Translations under genes and position numbers: made by a program | Assembly: GCA_046590585.1 (NCBI GenBank) | Contig: JBKJVD010000090.1 | Span: 1-61,470 of the forward strand | Direction: 5' to 3' | DNA length: 61,470 nucleotides | From: Thermoanaerobaculia bacterium | GTDB taxonomy: Bacteria > Acidobacteriota > Thermoanaerobaculia > Gp7-AA8 | Shown here: positions 9,677 to 20,000 of the stretch, piece by piece | Layout of the letters: each line of letters starts with the position of its first letter | How positions within the stretch are numbered: position 1 is the stretch's first letter | Notes under the pieces: generated by a model | The model's database searches: none | What the model was told of the DNA's origin: nothing | What the model saw: only the letters and a program-made list of their open reading frames with translations

Positions 9677-10426
9677 ATGGAGTGGCTTTCGGATCCGCAG
9701 AGCTGGATCGCCCTGTTGACGCTGACCGTTCTCGAGATCGTTCTCGGGATCGACAACGTAATCTTCATCTCGATCCTGTCGGGAAAACTGCCGGCGGCTC
9801 AGCAGAAGAAAGCGCGGACGGTCGGGCTGTCGATGGCGCTGATCATGCGCGTCCTGCTACTGCTCTCCCTCGTCTGGATCGTGCGGCTCACCGCTCCCCT
9901 CTTCACCGTGCTCGGCCAGGAAATCTCCGGGCGCGATCTCATCCTCGTCCTCGGCGGGCTGTTTCTTCTGGCCAAGTCGACACATGAGATCCATGACAGG
10001 CTCGAAGGCGAAGAGGGCGACGCAGTGAAGAGGATCGCGCCGTCGCTGGCTTCGGTGATTGTGCAGATCTCGCTGCTCGACATCGTCTTCTCGCTCGACT
10101 CGGTCATCACCGCAGTCGGCATGGCCCAGGAGATCGGCGTCATGATCGCGGCGGTCATCATTGCCGTGTTGATCATGCTGGTCTCGGCCGGTTCGATCAG
10201 CGCGTTCGTCGATCGCCATCCGACAGTGAAGATGCTCGCGCTCAGCTTCCTGCTGCTGATCGGAATGTCGCTCATCGCCGAGGGACTCGATTTCCACATT
10301 CCGAAAGGCTATGTCTACTTTGCGATGGCGTTCTCGGTCTTCGTGGAGGTACTCAACATCGCGTTTCGTCGCAAGTCGAAACCGGTGAAACTGCACGACA
10401 GCTACACGCCACCGGATGGTGCGTAG
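9677..10426 (+). CDS. TerC family integral membrane protein
   Basis: ORF 9677..10426 with GAAGGAG upstream. LEIVLGIDNVIFISIL and the second LDIVFSLDSVITAVG repeat are typical of TerC/Alx/YoaE. Confidence 0.85.
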   Translation: MEWLSDPQSWIALLTLTVLEIVLGIDNVIFISILSGKLPAAQQKKARTVGLSMALIMRVLLLLSLVWIVRLTAPLFTVLGQEISGRDLILVLGGLFLLAKSTHEIHDRLEGEEGDAVKRIAPSLASVIVQISLLDIVFSLDSVITAVGMAQEIGVMIAAVIIAVLIMLVSAGSISAFVDRHPTVKMLALSFLLLIGMSLIAEGLDFHIPKGYVYFAMAFSVFVEVLNIAFRRKSKPVKLHDSYTPPDGA

Positions 10427-10429
10427 GAC

Positions 10430-13400
10430 TCAGTTCCTGTCGGAGCGGCGCAGCAGACCGTAAATCTCGCGGGCGAGGTCGATCGGTTCCACCGGCTTCT
10501 TCAGGTAGCCGGAGAAGCCGGCATGTCGCATCTTCTCCTGGTCGGAGGGATGGCTGAACGCGGTCATGGCAATGACGGGAAGGTCGAGTTTGCGGATCTG
10601 CCGGATGTGCTCGATCAGCGCGAATCCGTCGACATCGGGCATGGCGATGTCGCTGACCACGATATCGATCTCAGCCTCGTCGAGAGCCTCCATCGCTTCT
10701 GAGGCAGAGCTGGCTGCCGACACCACAGCTCCGCAGCGGCTCAACACCGCCTTCACCAGTTGCCGGGCATCTTCCTGGTCGTCCACTACCAACACCCGCA
10801 CCTTGTCGAGGGACGGATAGGCGGTCGCTGTGTGCAGGTCGGAACCTCGCGGCACCGGCCGGCCGGCCGTGGTGGGACGCAACAGGTCCCCGGCGCGGAC
10901 AGCGCGCACCGGCAGTTCGATCACGAAGGTGGATCCCTTTCCCTCTCCATCGCTCTGAACCGAGACGTTCCCGCCGTGCAGTTCGACGAGTTGCCTGACG
11001 ATGGCCAGGCCGAGGCCGAGGCCACCGTGAATGCGTGTGTTCACGTTCTCGGCCTGACGGAACGGTTCGAACACATGCGGCAGGAACTCCGGGCCGATCC
11101 CTTTGCCGGTGTCCCGTACGCTCAGGCGCACGAACGATCCCGACTGCTCGACACGCGCGACGACTTCGCCTCCACGGGGAGTGAACTTGATGGCGTTGGA
11201 AAGCAGATTCCAGGCGATCTGCTGAAGGCGGTTCGAATCGCCCGTCACCAGTGAGACCCCGGGCCGCCGTTGGAACTCGAGCACGACCCCTTTCGCTTCG
11301 GCCGCAGGCTGCACGGTGCGCATCGCTCCTTCCACCGCATCCACGACGTCCACCGGCTTTGGGTCCATCTGCATCTTTCCGGAGATGATGCGAGACATGT
11401 CCAGCACGTCGTCGATCAGCACCGCCTGGGCCTGGGCGCTCCGTAAAACGGTCTCGATGGCCGTGGCGTAGGTCTCGTCGTCGAGATCTCCTTCCTGCAG
11501 CATTCGCGACCAGCCGAGGATGGCCGTCATCGGCGTCCGCAACTCGTGCGAGAGCGTGGCCAGGAAATCATCCTTGGCGCGGTTTGCCTCCTGCGCGTCG
11601 CGATAGAGCGCGGCGTTTTCGATGGCCACGCCCGCTTGTCGCGCGAATTCCTGGGCGTGGGTGACATCGTCCATCGTGAACCGTCGTTTCGAGTCGGAGG
11701 AGACGAATGAGATTGCCCCGATCGATCCGCGCCGTCCCGGAATTGGAACCATCATCCAGGAGACGAGCCCGAGTTCTTTCGCGATGCGATAGTGCTCATC
11801 TCCCTGGGTAATGGCGCGGAGCAGGTCATCCGTAATCTCAGCAACCAGCTGCGCCCTCCCCGTTCGGATGACCTCTGCGATGGGGTCGGTCGCAGGGTCA
11901 GAAGGAAAGCGCCGGTAGAGATCCCATGCGAGTTCGGCCTTCTCCGGATCGGCGTGCGCCAGAGCCAGGCGCTGGTAAGGAGCGCCTGCCGCACCTGCAA
12001 TGTCGACCGCACACCAGTCTGCGAGCGCGGGGACGGCCGCATGCGTCAGGTTCGCCAGCGTCGACTCGTAGTTGAGGGAGGATGCGAACAGTTCATTCGC
12101 GCGCGCCAGGAACCGCAGATGCTCTTCGGATGAGCGACGCTGATCGATGTCGGAGGACGTTCCAATCCACTCGCGCACCGCTCCATCCTCGTCGTATACC
12201 GGCACGCCTTTGGAGGCGAACCACCGGTACGTTCCATCCTTCATGGCCAGACGGAATTCCATCTGATAGATCTGTCTCGCTGCAATGGCGGCATCGAGCC
12301 GGCGCGCGGTCTCCTCACGGAAATCGGGATGGACCGCCTGCAGCCACCCGCGACCACGCATCTGTTCGAATGTCTGGCCGGTGAGCGCCCGCCACGATGG
12401 CGAATCCTCGACGACATAGCCCTGCGGATTGCTCGTCCCCACGGCCTGCGCAGTCGGGCTGGCCTCAACAAGCGAGCGATATCGTTCCTCGTTCTGCCGG
12501 ACCAGCTTCCGGTCGGCCACGACCCGCTGATAGAGCCGGCCGTTGTCGAGTGCGATGGCTGCCTGGGCCGCCAGGCTCTCGACCACCTGAGCCGACTGCT
12601 CGGTGAAGACGCCCGCGTCAGCGTGCCCGAAGAAAAGTCCGCCCATGACCTCGCCGCTGCGCGAAATCACAGGGACCGCAAGGTAGCTGGCCACCGGCAG
12701 GTGACCTGCCGGCATCCCGTGATACGGCGCATTCCGGCCGAACCGCGGATCGCACGTGACGTCGTCGATCCGTACGGTGCCTTCCCCGGCGAAGGTTGGA
12801 GCGAAGATGGCCGTATTGCGCGGCATGGGAAATTTCTCGAACATCTCCCGCGGAACTCCGGAAATCGTGTAGAGCGTGTATGCCTCGCCGGCTTCGCTGA
12901 TCGCTTTGTAGAAGAACGCCCCGAACTGCGCGCACGAGAGTTCCGTGGCAGCGTCGGTCACGGCTTGCACTACTTTCTCGAGATCGAGGTCGGCGGAGAT
13001 CGTCCGCCCGACTTCACTCAGGCGCTCGAGCGTTCGCGCCTGCCGGCGCTGGTCGTCGACATCGGTGTTGATCCCGACCCAGCGAAGAATGTTGCCGGCG
13101 GAGTCGTGCACGGGGTTGACGCGCGTGAGAAAGGTCCGGAAAACGCCATCGTGCCGGCGGAGCGGAAACTCCATCTCGAACGGCGTGCCGGTGTCGAGCG
13201 ATCGCTTCCACTTCTCGACCACCTTCGGCAGCATTTCGGGATCGTGAACTTTCTCCCAACCCCATCCCTGCATCTCTTCGAACGTGGTTCCGGTGTATTC
13301 GTACCACCCGCGATTGTAGAAATCGATGTACCCGTCCGCCAGCGCCGTCCAGCCGAGCTGGGGCATCAGGTCAAAGAGTGATCGAAAAAGGTCTGCGTCG

Positions 13401-13459
13401 AGTTGTTCCGCGGATGCTGTGGTCACTTGCGGCGGGGTGTATGCAACGACGACGCCCAC
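10430..13459 (-). CDS. Hybrid sensor histidine kinase (PAS-GAF-PAS-GAF-HisKA-HATPase_c-REC)
   Basis: ORF 10430..13459(-). H-box [19 protein letters not shown]; ATPase boxes VRDTGKGI and [10 protein letters not shown]; REC VLVVDDQ...[13 protein letters not shown]. The start (GTG at 13459) is uncertain. Confidence 0.88.
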   Translation of the reverse strand: MGVVVAYTPPQVTTASAEQLDADLFRSLFDLMPQLGWTALADGYIDFYNRGWYEYTGTTFEEMQGWGWEKVHDPEMLPKVVEKWKRSLDTGTPFEMEFPLRRHDGVFRTFLTRVNPVHDSAGNILRWVGINTDVDDQRRQARTLERLSEVGRTISADLDLEKVVQAVTDAATELSCAQFGAFFYKAISEAGEAYTLYTISGVPREMFEKFPMPRNTAIFAPTFAGEGTVRIDDVTCDPRFGRNAPYHGMPAGHLPVASYLAVPVISRSGEVMGGLFFGHADAGVFTEQSAQVVESLAAQAAIALDNGRLYQRVVADRKLVRQNEERYRSLVEASPTAQAVGTSNPQGYVVEDSPSWRALTGQTFEQMRGRGWLQAVHPDFREETARRLDAAIAARQIYQMEFRLAMKDGTYRWFASKGVPVYDEDGAVREWIGTSSDIDQRRSSEEHLRFLARANELFASSLNYESTLANLTHAAVPALADWCAVDIAGAAGAPYQRLALAHADPEKAELAWDLYRRFPSDPATDPIAEVIRTGRAQLVAEITDDLLRAITQGDEHYRIAKELGLVSWMMVPIPGRRGSIGAISFVSSDSKRRFTMDDVTHAQEFARQAGVAIENAALYRDAQEANRAKDDFLATLSHELRTPMTAILGWSRMLQEGDLDDETYATAIETVLRSAQAQAVLIDDVLDMSRIISGKMQMDPKPVDVVDAVEGAMRTVQPAAEAKGVVLEFQRRPGVSLVTGDSNRLQQIAWNLLSNAIKFTPRGGEVVARVEQSGSFVRLSVRDTGKGIGPEFLPHVFEPFRQAENVNTRIHGGLGLGLAIVRQLVELHGGNVSVQSDGEGKGSTFVIELPVRAVRAGDLLRPTTAGRPVPRGSDLHTATAYPSLDKVRVLVVDDQEDARQLVKAVLSRCGAVVSAASSASEAMEALDEAEIDIVVSDIAMPDVDGFALIEHIRQIRKLDLPVIAMTAFSHPSDQEKMRHAGFSGYLKKPVEPIDLAREIYGLLRRSDRN

Positions 13460-13568
13460 CGGGAGTCAGCAAGCGCTTCACTTTCAGTCAATCACGGGAG
13501 AACGGCCGAAACGACCGTTCTCCCTCCGTCCGCCGGGCCTCGGGCTAGCGGCCCTCGGGAAGGCCAGC

Positions 13569-13832
13569 TCAGTTCTGAGCCGGAGCGTCCTTGCGCGGCT
13601 TTGCTTCGTTGACCTTCAGCGCCTGTCCTTCAACGTCGCGGCCATCGAGTCCGGTGATGGCTGCACGCGCTTCGTCTTCACTGCCGTACTCGATGAAGCC
13701 GAAGCCCTTCGACTCGCCGCTGGAACGCTCGGTGGCGACGTTGGCAGAGATCAGCTTGCCGAACGGCACTGCGAGATCGTTCAACTGCGCATCGGTGACT
13801 TTCTTGGAGAGATTTCCTACGTACACTTTCAT
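13569..13832 (-). CDS. RRM-type RNA-binding protein
   Basis: ORF 13569..13907(-), trimmed to the ATG at 13832 after AGGAG. RNP2 KVYVGNL and RNP1 KGFGFIEY motifs. Confidence 0.88.
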   Translation of the reverse strand: MKVYVGNLSKKVTDAQLNDLAVPFGKLISANVATERSSGESKGFGFIEYGSEDEARAAITGLDGRDVEGQALKVNEAKPRKDAPAQN

Positions 13833-14102
13833 TTGAAGCTCCTGGCCGGTGAAACCCGGCGGGCCTCCCGATGCGCGTGGACAGATCCCGTGAGGGCTCG
13901 TCGTCATGCACGTCTGGAAGAGGGGAACCTAAGAGGGGTGAGTCCAGAGGATCTGACTTAGTTCAGAAGGACTGAAGAGCCGAGGAAAGCCCTCGACTGC
14001 CGATCACCATACGCGCAATCGGCCAAGGCAGCGAGCGGGTCCGTCCTGTCCGGGTGTCAGGGGGCAGCGGTCAGGGGGGCGCAGGGAACCTGCATGGGTC
14101 CA

Positions 14103-14750
14103 CTACTCTCGCGAGTCGCTCAGCTTTCGCTTGAGCGCATAGCCCACGAGTTGCGCACGATCGTGAAGGCGCAGTTTGTCGAGGATGTTGCGGACGTGGA
14201 ACTTCACGGTGTTCTCAGAGAGATTGAGCCGGCCGGCAAGTTTGCGATTGGATGTCACGCCCTCGACCATCAATTCGAGCACCTCCCGCTCACGGGTGGT
14301 CAGTGCTTCATCCACCTGAGGTGCCGTCGCCTCTTCCGGCCTGGCAAATTCCTGAAGCAGTTTGCGAGCGAACGCGGGCGTGAGCGCCGGCTCTCCACGG
14401 CTGGCGCGGTCGAGGAGTTCGAAGAAGTCGTCGGCTTCGAGATTCTTCAGCAGATACCCGAGCGCTCCGGCACGGATCGCCTCGAACAGGATCGAATCGT
14501 CTTCCGAGGCCGTGAGGATCAGCACCTTCACGTCCGGCTGCTCCGCCGTCAGCTGACGCGTCGCGGAGATTCCATCCATCCCGGGCATCGACACATCCAT
14601 CAGCACCAGGTCCGGCTTCAGTTCGGCCGCCATCTGGATCGCTTCTGCCCCGTTCTTCGCTTCACCGACCACATCGTGACCAGCCGCCACCAGCAGGCTT
14701 CGCAGCCCGTCGCGGAAGAGAAAGTGATCGTCTGCAATCAGGAGCCTCAC
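14103..14750 (-). CDS. NarL/FixJ-family response regulator (REC + LuxR-type HTH)
   Basis: ORF 14103..14750(-) with a GTG start. MRLLIADDH...[13 protein letters not shown], and C-terminal [39 protein letters not shown]. Confidence 0.9.
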   Translation of the reverse strand: MRLLIADDHFLFRDGLRSLLVAAGHDVVGEAKNGAEAIQMAAELKPDLVLMDVSMPGMDGISATRQLTAEQPDVKVLILTASEDDSILFEAIRAGALGYLLKNLEADDFFELLDRASRGEPALTPAFARKLLQEFARPEEATAPQVDEALTTREREVLELMVEGVTSNRKLAGRLNLSENTVKFHVRNILDKLRLHDRAQLVGYALKRKLSDSRE

Positions 14751-14894
14751 CGGGCCGAGTATACGGACATCGGTACGCCGGCCAACCCTTTGGGGTGGGT
14801 TCGGGCCTGCCCATCCACGTTGGGAGAGCTACCCCGTTCAGGTTCGCGCTCCTCGCACGGTGAACCGACCATGGGACCACCGAGCGGAGGCAGC

Positions 14895-16328
14895 ATGAAA
14901 GAAGTTCCGTTCCCCGGCGCGCGGAAAACGAGAGAGAATGTGCGGCAGGGCGAGGTCACCCGCTCACCGCAGATGCCGCTCAGACGCCTGAAACTCGTCG
15001 CCACGATTGCGCCGATCGCCGCCGTGATCTCGCTGGAGGTCTCGCGCGAAATGCTGCTCGGTCCCCTGCCCCTCATCAAGCACCTGCAATTCAGTCTGGT
15101 CGTGGTGACGTCGATCGTCATCTTCTCGACGGTGATCTTCCGTTACGTCGCTGGAATGCAGCGGCGGTTGCAACGCCAGTACGAGGAACTACTCGCGCTC
15201 CATGCAGCTGGCCTGGCCATCTCCGCGGAGCTGTCGCTCGATGCCGTTCTACGTAAAGTCGTGGACGAGGCGCGCCAGCTCGTCGGCGCCCGCTACGGCG
15301 CCGTGTCCGTCGTCGACCGGCAGGGCAGGATCGAGCAGTTCGTCACGTCCGGAATCTCCCAGCACGATCGAAGCGCCATCGGAGCCCCACCCGTGGGACG
15401 CGGCGTCCTCGGCGTGGTGCTGCACGAGGGCGAGCACCTCCGGCTTCACGATGTTTCGCAGCATCCCCGCTCAGCAGGCTTCCCCGCGAATCACCCGGCA
15501 ATGAAGACGCTGCTGGCGGTGCCGATTCAGTGTAAGGGTCCGTTTCGCGGGAACGTCTACCTCAGCGAACGCGCCGAGTCGGCGGACTTCACTCCGGGTG
15601 ACGAGGAAACCCTGATCCGTTTCGCGGTGCAGGCCGCCATCGCCATCGACAATGCTCACCTGCACGCTCAGGCCGCCGACCTGGCCATTGCCCAGGAACG
15701 AGTCCGAATCGCGCACGAGATGCACGACGGTCTGGCCCAGGTGCTCGGCTATGTGAACATCAAAGTGCAGGCGGCCGACGCCTACCTCCGCCGTGACCAG
15801 AAGGACGAGGCCAGCGAACAACTGCGCCAGCTCGCCGTCGCTGCACGCGATGCCTACACGGAAGTTCGCGAGGGAATCGTCGGCTTGCGAACATTGCCCG
15901 AGCCGGATCGCCCGCTCGGCGAGGTACTCAACGAGTATCTCGCGCAGTGGCAGATTCAGTCGGGCGTGATTGCGTCCCTCACGATCGAAGAGGACCTGGA
16001 CCTGACTCCGATCGTCGAACTTCAACTCGTCCGGATCGTGCAGGAAGCCATGACGAACGCCCGGAAACACGCGCGAGCGACTCACGTCGCGATCCAGCTG
16101 CGGAGAGTTGCGGGCGCAATCGAGCTGACCATCCGGGATGACGGCGTCGGATTCAATCCCGCGGAACGGCAGCGTGGTGAGTTCCCGCAGTTCGGACTCG
16201 CCACCATGCGCGAGCGCGCCGAAAGCATCGGTGCAGTCCTCGAGTACAAGAGCCAGCCCGGAAGCGGAACCGTCGTTCACTTCACGCTCCCCTCACCCGC
16301 GAGTGGACCGTCCACCCGTTTCCCTTGA
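14895..16328 (+). CDS. GAF-domain sensor histidine kinase, HisKA_3 (NarX/DesK-like) type
   Basis: ORF 14094..16328, trimmed to the ATG at 14895 after GGAGG. Its upstream part is antisense to the regulator gene. Two TM segments, a GAF domain, H-box RIAHEMHDGLAQVL, and ATPase TIRDDGVGF. It is divergent from the NarL-type regulator. Confidence 0.85.
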   Translation: MKEVPFPGARKTRENVRQGEVTRSPQMPLRRLKLVATIAPIAAVISLEVSREMLLGPLPLIKHLQFSLVVVTSIVIFSTVIFRYVAGMQRRLQRQYEELLALHAAGLAISAELSLDAVLRKVVDEARQLVGARYGAVSVVDRQGRIEQFVTSGISQHDRSAIGAPPVGRGVLGVVLHEGEHLRLHDVSQHPRSAGFPANHPAMKTLLAVPIQCKGPFRGNVYLSERAESADFTPGDEETLIRFAVQAAIAIDNAHLHAQAADLAIAQERVRIAHEMHDGLAQVLGYVNIKVQAADAYLRRDQKDEASEQLRQLAVAARDAYTEVREGIVGLRTLPEPDRPLGEVLNEYLAQWQIQSGVIASLTIEEDLDLTPIVELQLVRIVQEAMTNARKHARATHVAIQLRRVAGAIELTIRDDGVGFNPAERQRGEFPQFGLATMRERAESIGAVLEYKSQPGSGTVVHFTLPSPASGPSTRFP

Positions 16329-16343
16329 CGCGCCCGACGCGCT

Positions 16344-16500
16344 TTGGACTGCGGCCACTTCAGTGGCCGCTTTTGTGGCAAGGTGAGACGTCCGTGCCAG
16401 GAAGCGGGTAGCAGGCCTGCTGCGGGTTGGACGAGTGCGACGTTAGCGCGACCTGTCCGTCCCGTCACGAAAGCGGCCACTGAAGTGGCCGCAGTCCAAA
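16344..16500. repeat. MITE-like element, copy 1 (31-bp perfect terminal inverted repeats)
   Basis: TTTGGACTGCGGCCACTTCAGTGGCCGCTTT ... AAAGCGGCCACTGAAGTGGCCGCAGTCCAAA. Each terminus is itself a palindrome (GCGGCCACT-TC-AGTGGCCGC). A second copy lies at 60657-60820. Confidence 0.85.
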
Positions 16501-16578
16501 GGGGTGCACACCTGTCTAGCGCCTCATCACTCATCGCTGTGACCTCACCCACTGAAAACCCGGGAGGAGCCCTTTTCA

Positions 16579-16602
16579 GAGTTCCTTGGCTTCCTCGGAG
16601 GA
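16579..16602. repeat. GAGGAAC-family short repeat (partial, inverted orientation)
   Basis: GAGTTCCTTGGCTTCCTCGGAGG. Same family as the copies at 20001-20109, 25266-25293, 35538-35564 and 60853-60888. Confidence 0.5.
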
Positions 16603-16654
16603 TGAGTCATTCGCTGTGGTTACGACTCGAGCCGAGTCGGCGATGCGAATGAAG

Positions 16655-16972
16655 CTAGGTCTCGCATCCCTCGATGCATACCCACACGTCGCCGTCCTCG
16701 ACTTTCACGGGCAGGCCGGCGCGCTCGACCAGGGTGACCCACTCGCTCGCGTTGTCGTGACCGCCGGCACTCTCGATGATCTTCTCCAGGCGGACGCGTG
16801 GCTCGAGATCGCCGCGATCGACGAGTGCAGAACCGTCGATCGCCGTGATCCCGTCAGCGACGCGCCGGAGCACAATGGTCGTCCCGGCAGCGCGAAACAC
16901 CTGGAGGCGATCGATCGTCAGGTCGTCGGCACGGACGATCTTGTGGAAGCTGTTCTCGTATGGAGATGCCAT
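16655..16972 (-). CDS. Hypothetical small soluble protein
   Basis: ORF 16655..17026(-), trimmed to the ATG at 16972 (MASPYENSFHKIV...). GC3 is high in this frame, so I prefer it over the overlapping + strand ORF 16586..17143. No domain recognised. Confidence 0.5.
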   Translation of the reverse strand: MASPYENSFHKIVRADDLTIDRLQVFRAAGTTIVLRRVADGITAIDGSALVDRGDLEPRVRLEKIIESAGGHDNASEWVTLVERAGLPVKVEDGDVWVCIEGCET

Positions 16973-17139
16973 GACGGGAGTGTAACCCCGAGCTTGCTTC
17001 GTTTTGTATCGCGCCGGCGAGCCCACCTCAGAGCTTTCGGGGTTTCGCTCGCACTCTACACACCAGCCCGTATGAAAGAAAAACTTTCCAGCTCCTTGCG
17101 GAATGAGGCATGGTGGTTCGGTGATTTAGAAGGCACCCG

Positions 17140-17907
17140 ATGAATACACAACGATTCACCACTGCGCGCCGCAGGTTCGCGCAGCGTGCCCATCATGAGG
17201 TTCGCGCGAATGCTGCCCGGCTGATCCGCCTGGCGCGTCACTCCACGGCAGCCGGTACGGTCGCGCTCGCAATCGTGGCGGTCGCTCCCGTGGCCCGGGC
17301 CGGCTGCACCGCCGGAAGAGCCGACACGCTGATTCAATCCCTCGCAAGCCAGGCACCAACTCTCCGCACTGAGATCCTGAAGCTCGCGCTGAGCGCAACC
17401 GATTGCGCGGCGCAGCGCGGCCTGGTGAAACGCCGCGATCTGCTGACCGTCATCGACTACTCGCTCCCTTCGACGGAACCCCGCCTCTTCGTATTCAACC
17501 TCGCCTCACGCCGGCTTCTCTTCCGCGAACTCGTCGCGCATGGAAAGAACAGTGGCGACAACCTGCCAAAGTCTTTTTCGAACAGCCCGGGAAGCCTTGC
17601 CACGAGCCTTGGTCTCTTCGTGACCGATGAAACCTACAACGGCAGCAACGGCTACTCGCTGCGCCTTCGCGGCCTCGATGAAGGATTCAATGACCTCGCC
17701 TGGGACCGCGCCATCGTGATGCACGGCGCCAACTACGTCAGCCGCCTCACGGCGCAGGCCATGGGCCGGATCGGTCGCAGCTGGGGATGTCCGGCGGTCC
17801 GGCGGGAAGTGGCAAAAAAGATGATCGACACGCTCAAGGGCGGCTCACCGATCTTCGCCTACTACCCTGATTCGAAGTGGCTCGGCCACTCGCAATTTCT
17901 GCGGTAG
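17140..17907 (+). CDS. Murein L,D-transpeptidase catalytic domain family protein (YkuD_2-like)
   Basis: ORF 17140..17907. Motifs RLFVFNL, LVAHGKNSG, SNSPGSLATSLGLFVT, YSLRLRGLD, IVMHGANYV and GRSWGCPAV (catalytic Cys). Confidence 0.8.
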   Translation: MNTQRFTTARRRFAQRAHHEVRANAARLIRLARHSTAAGTVALAIVAVAPVARAGCTAGRADTLIQSLASQAPTLRTEILKLALSATDCAAQRGLVKRRDLLTVIDYSLPSTEPRLFVFNLASRRLLFRELVAHGKNSGDNLPKSFSNSPGSLATSLGLFVTDETYNGSNGYSLRLRGLDEGFNDLAWDRAIVMHGANYVSRLTAQAMGRIGRSWGCPAVRREVAKKMIDTLKGGSPIFAYYPDSKWLGHSQFLR

Positions 17908-17926
17908 GCTCGACCCGGCTCGCCGC

Positions 17927-18382
17927 TTAGAAACGCTTGCGCAGGATGAGTTCCGCAGCGCCTTTCACGAGATAGTCATCGATCGCCCCGATTTGCGCGT
18001 ACCCCTGGCGTTCGTAGAGAGCCTTCGCGCGGTCGTTGAACGAAGAAACGCAGAGGAAGAGATTCCCGGAGGGATGTCCGAAGCGTTCCTCTACATGACC
18101 GAGCAGCGCCGTCCCCACCCCCGCCGATCGTGCCATCGCATCGACCGCGAGGATCTTCAGGTACGCCCCGCCTGCAAAGCCCGCCGGATCGACGATTGCG
18201 AACCCGACTCGAGTCTGCCCGGCCGCTGCGACCACGATCACGCCTCTGTCTCCGTCCACGATCCTCTGACACGCTTCGAGCGTGCGGCCGAGCGTCGTCC
18301 ACGGTTCAGACGAAGCCATGACCGCCGCCGCCCATGCGCGATCATCCTCACTCGCATCTCGAAACACGATTCCGTCGGCCAT
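17927..18382 (-). CDS. GNAT family N-acetyltransferase
   Basis: ORF 17927..18403(-). The track start at 18403 is TTG; the ATG at 18382 is preferred. Acetyl-CoA motif ARSAGVGTALLGHVEE and ...AKALYERQGY. Confidence 0.8.
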   Translation of the reverse strand: MADGIVFRDASEDDRAWAAAVMASSEPWTTLGRTLEACQRIVDGDRGVIVVAAAGQTRVGFAIVDPAGFAGGAYLKILAVDAMARSAGVGTALLGHVEERFGHPSGNLFLCVSSFNDRAKALYERQGYAQIGAIDDYLVKGAAELILRKRF

Positions 18383-18507
18383 GAACAGGATTGTCGCATC
18401 CAACGGGAAAATGACGAACTCTGAATGGAGCGGGTCGCGCTATCCAGGGAATGCCGTTCCTCGGATCCGCGCCACCTCGCTCACGAAAACCGCGTGGTTG
18501 TCGGCTA

Positions 18508-18785
18508 AGCGGTAACAATCTTCCTTCTCCCCGCGGGAGAAGGTGGCGCCGCAGCGCCGGATGAGGGGACGGGCAATGTAGATTGGGCGACCCGTGGCTA
18601 CGAGGACGGTGCAAGGCGTGGTTAGCCCTCGCGGGGTTCTGAAATCCGCGCCGGTTTCAATCGACTGTCGCGCCCCCCCTCATCCGGCGCGCCGCGCCAC
18701 CTTCTCCCGCGGGGAGAAGGGAGACAGCTTGCATGCGGGCAGTCAAAATCCAGAATGTTCTTGCGCCGCGCTCCTCTCAACCTCA
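18508..18785. repeat. Long-form hairpin repeat element (solo copy of the family arrayed at 35590-36330)
   Basis: CCTTCTCCCCGCGGGAGAAGG+TGGCGCCGCAGCGCCGGATGAGGGG ... CCCCTCATCCGGCGCGCCGCGCCA+CCTTCTCCCGCGGGGAGAAGG, then AGCTTGCATGCGGGCAGTC. Co-linear with 35756-36051. Confidence 0.8.
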
Positions 18786-18841
18786 GATCGCCCAGCGCGA
18801 AAGGAGGGCTTCGATCCTATAAATATCCCGAAGGTCATTCA

Positions 18842-19093
18842 TCATTCAACATTCGTACGAGCCAGGATGGCCTGGATCAGTTCCGCGGGAACATCATCGT
18901 CGACCGGTGCTTCCAGCGCCTCGCACGTGAGCACGATCGTCTTGCGATAGCTGGCAAGGTAGGCCAGGCAGGAGTTGCAGCGCTCCAGATGGCGCTCGAA
19001 CGTGTCGTTCTCCGCGGCGTTCAGCGCGCCCTCAAGGTAGTCAACGATGAACGAAATGAGCTGACGGCAATTGATCATGCTGGCTGCACTCAT
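18842..19093 (-). CDS. Zinc-binding anti-sigma factor (ZAS, zf-HC2), soluble, paralogue A
   Basis: ORF 18842..19093(-). The Cys9 ... H35-x3-C39-x2-C42 spacing (HLERCNSC) matches the RsrA-type ZAS motif. The ATG overlaps the TGA of the upstream DUF1223 gene (ATGA). Confidence 0.8.
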   Translation of the reverse strand: MSAASMINCRQLISFIVDYLEGALNAAENDTFERHLERCNSCLAYLASYRKTIVLTCEALEAPVDDDVPAELIQAILARTNVE

Positions 19094-19938
19094 GGGCGCA
19101 GTACCACATGAGCGTTTCCGCGCAGTCCTGCACTCGTCGTCGACAGTCGCGTCGCAGCAGCAGCGTAGATCGTCAGCGACTGCTGGTCCTGGATGAATGC
19201 GGCAACGCCGAGGTGACTGCGACGCCAGTCAGCATCGAGCGGAATCGCGATGCTTCCTGTTTCACTGCCTCCATCGGCAGGAAGCAGGAACGCCGGCGCC
19301 TGCCAGCGGACGATCGAATCGTTCACCAGCGCACGACCGCGGTTCTCGCCGCGGGTCACTTTCGTCGTGACTCCATCCTCAAAGAGCGCGACGACGAGCT
19401 GGGGCCTGCCGGCACCGGCCGCGCGATCGACGTTCGCGCGCAGCGAAACCACCAGCTTCCCTTTCGCGATCGACACGCCTTCGACCGAGACGGAACCGCG
19501 CAATTTCACATTTCCCGCCTTTTCAATCTCACGCCTCACCTCACCCTCGGAGGAGCCGACGAGCTGGCCGCGACCGTTGATGATCACCTGTGGCGTGTAG
19601 ACCTCGCCGCGCAGCGTCTGGGCGTATGCCTTCTGTCGCTGCGACCACTGCGACGAAGAGAATGGATCAGACCAGCCGAGGTAGTTCCAGTAATCCACGT
19701 GATAGGCGAGTGGAATCACGGCATCGTCGCCCGATTGCTCACTCCTCAGAACGCTGAGGAGTTCATCGGCAGGCGGACAACTCGAGCATCCCTGTGAGGT
19801 GAAGAGCTCCACGATCACGGGGTTCGCAGCATGGAACGTCTGCCGCGCCGGCGCGATACCACTCGCTGACACGAGTGCGGCGGCGGATCCCGCAAGCACC
19901 AGAGCCGCGAGCAGAATCCAGATTGTTTTCCTCGTCAT
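19090..19938 (-). CDS. DUF1223 family thioredoxin-fold protein (CxxC), secreted
   Basis: ORF 19090..20259(-), trimmed to the ATG at 19938 (MTRKTIWILLAALVLAGSAAA, a signal peptide). ELFTSQGCSSCPPAD, YHVDYWNYLGWSDPF and VYTPQVIINGR match DUF1223. Confidence 0.82.
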   Translation of the reverse strand: MTRKTIWILLAALVLAGSAAALVSASGIAPARQTFHAANPVIVELFTSQGCSSCPPADELLSVLRSEQSGDDAVIPLAYHVDYWNYLGWSDPFSSSQWSQRQKAYAQTLRGEVYTPQVIINGRGQLVGSSEGEVRREIEKAGNVKLRGSVSVEGVSIAKGKLVVSLRANVDRAAGAGRPQLVVALFEDGVTTKVTRGENRGRALVNDSIVRWQAPAFLLPADGGSETGSIAIPLDADWRRSHLGVAAFIQDQQSLTIYAAAATRLSTTSAGLRGNAHVVLRP

Positions 19939-20000
19939 GATGTCGTGCGTCGCCCCTTTGCGATGAGATGCCGGCGTTCGCCCCGCGGTTTCACCTTTCT

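Noticed and set aside
14094-14894. 5' extensions of track ORFs: 14094.. for the GAF kinase, 42199.. for rlmN, 4516.. for the FN3 protein, 20259 for DUF1223, 44528 for the GNAT, 35618 for can, and 47676 for NlpC/P60.
   Set aside because: The extensions run antisense through neighbouring genes or through repeats. Internal ATG/GTG codons with good Shine-Dalgarno sequences and sensible N-termini (signal peptides, domain starts) are preferred.
16344-16652. ORFs that translate repeat elements. Examples: 16344..16652 and 60481..60771 (..DCGHFSGRFCGKVR..), 44292..44543, 45129..45581, 47158..47526, 35647..35892, 36105..36530 and 18594..18950.
   Set aside because: Their similarity comes from the underlying DNA repeats, which are inverted repeats readable on both strands. 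They lack start context and coding-like composition.
16586-17143. The + strand ORF of 185 aa overlapping the small minus-strand gene 16655..16972.
   Set aside because: The minus-strand frame has clearly higher GC3 and a plausible globular sequence. The + strand ORF is Arg/Ala-rich and low in complexity.
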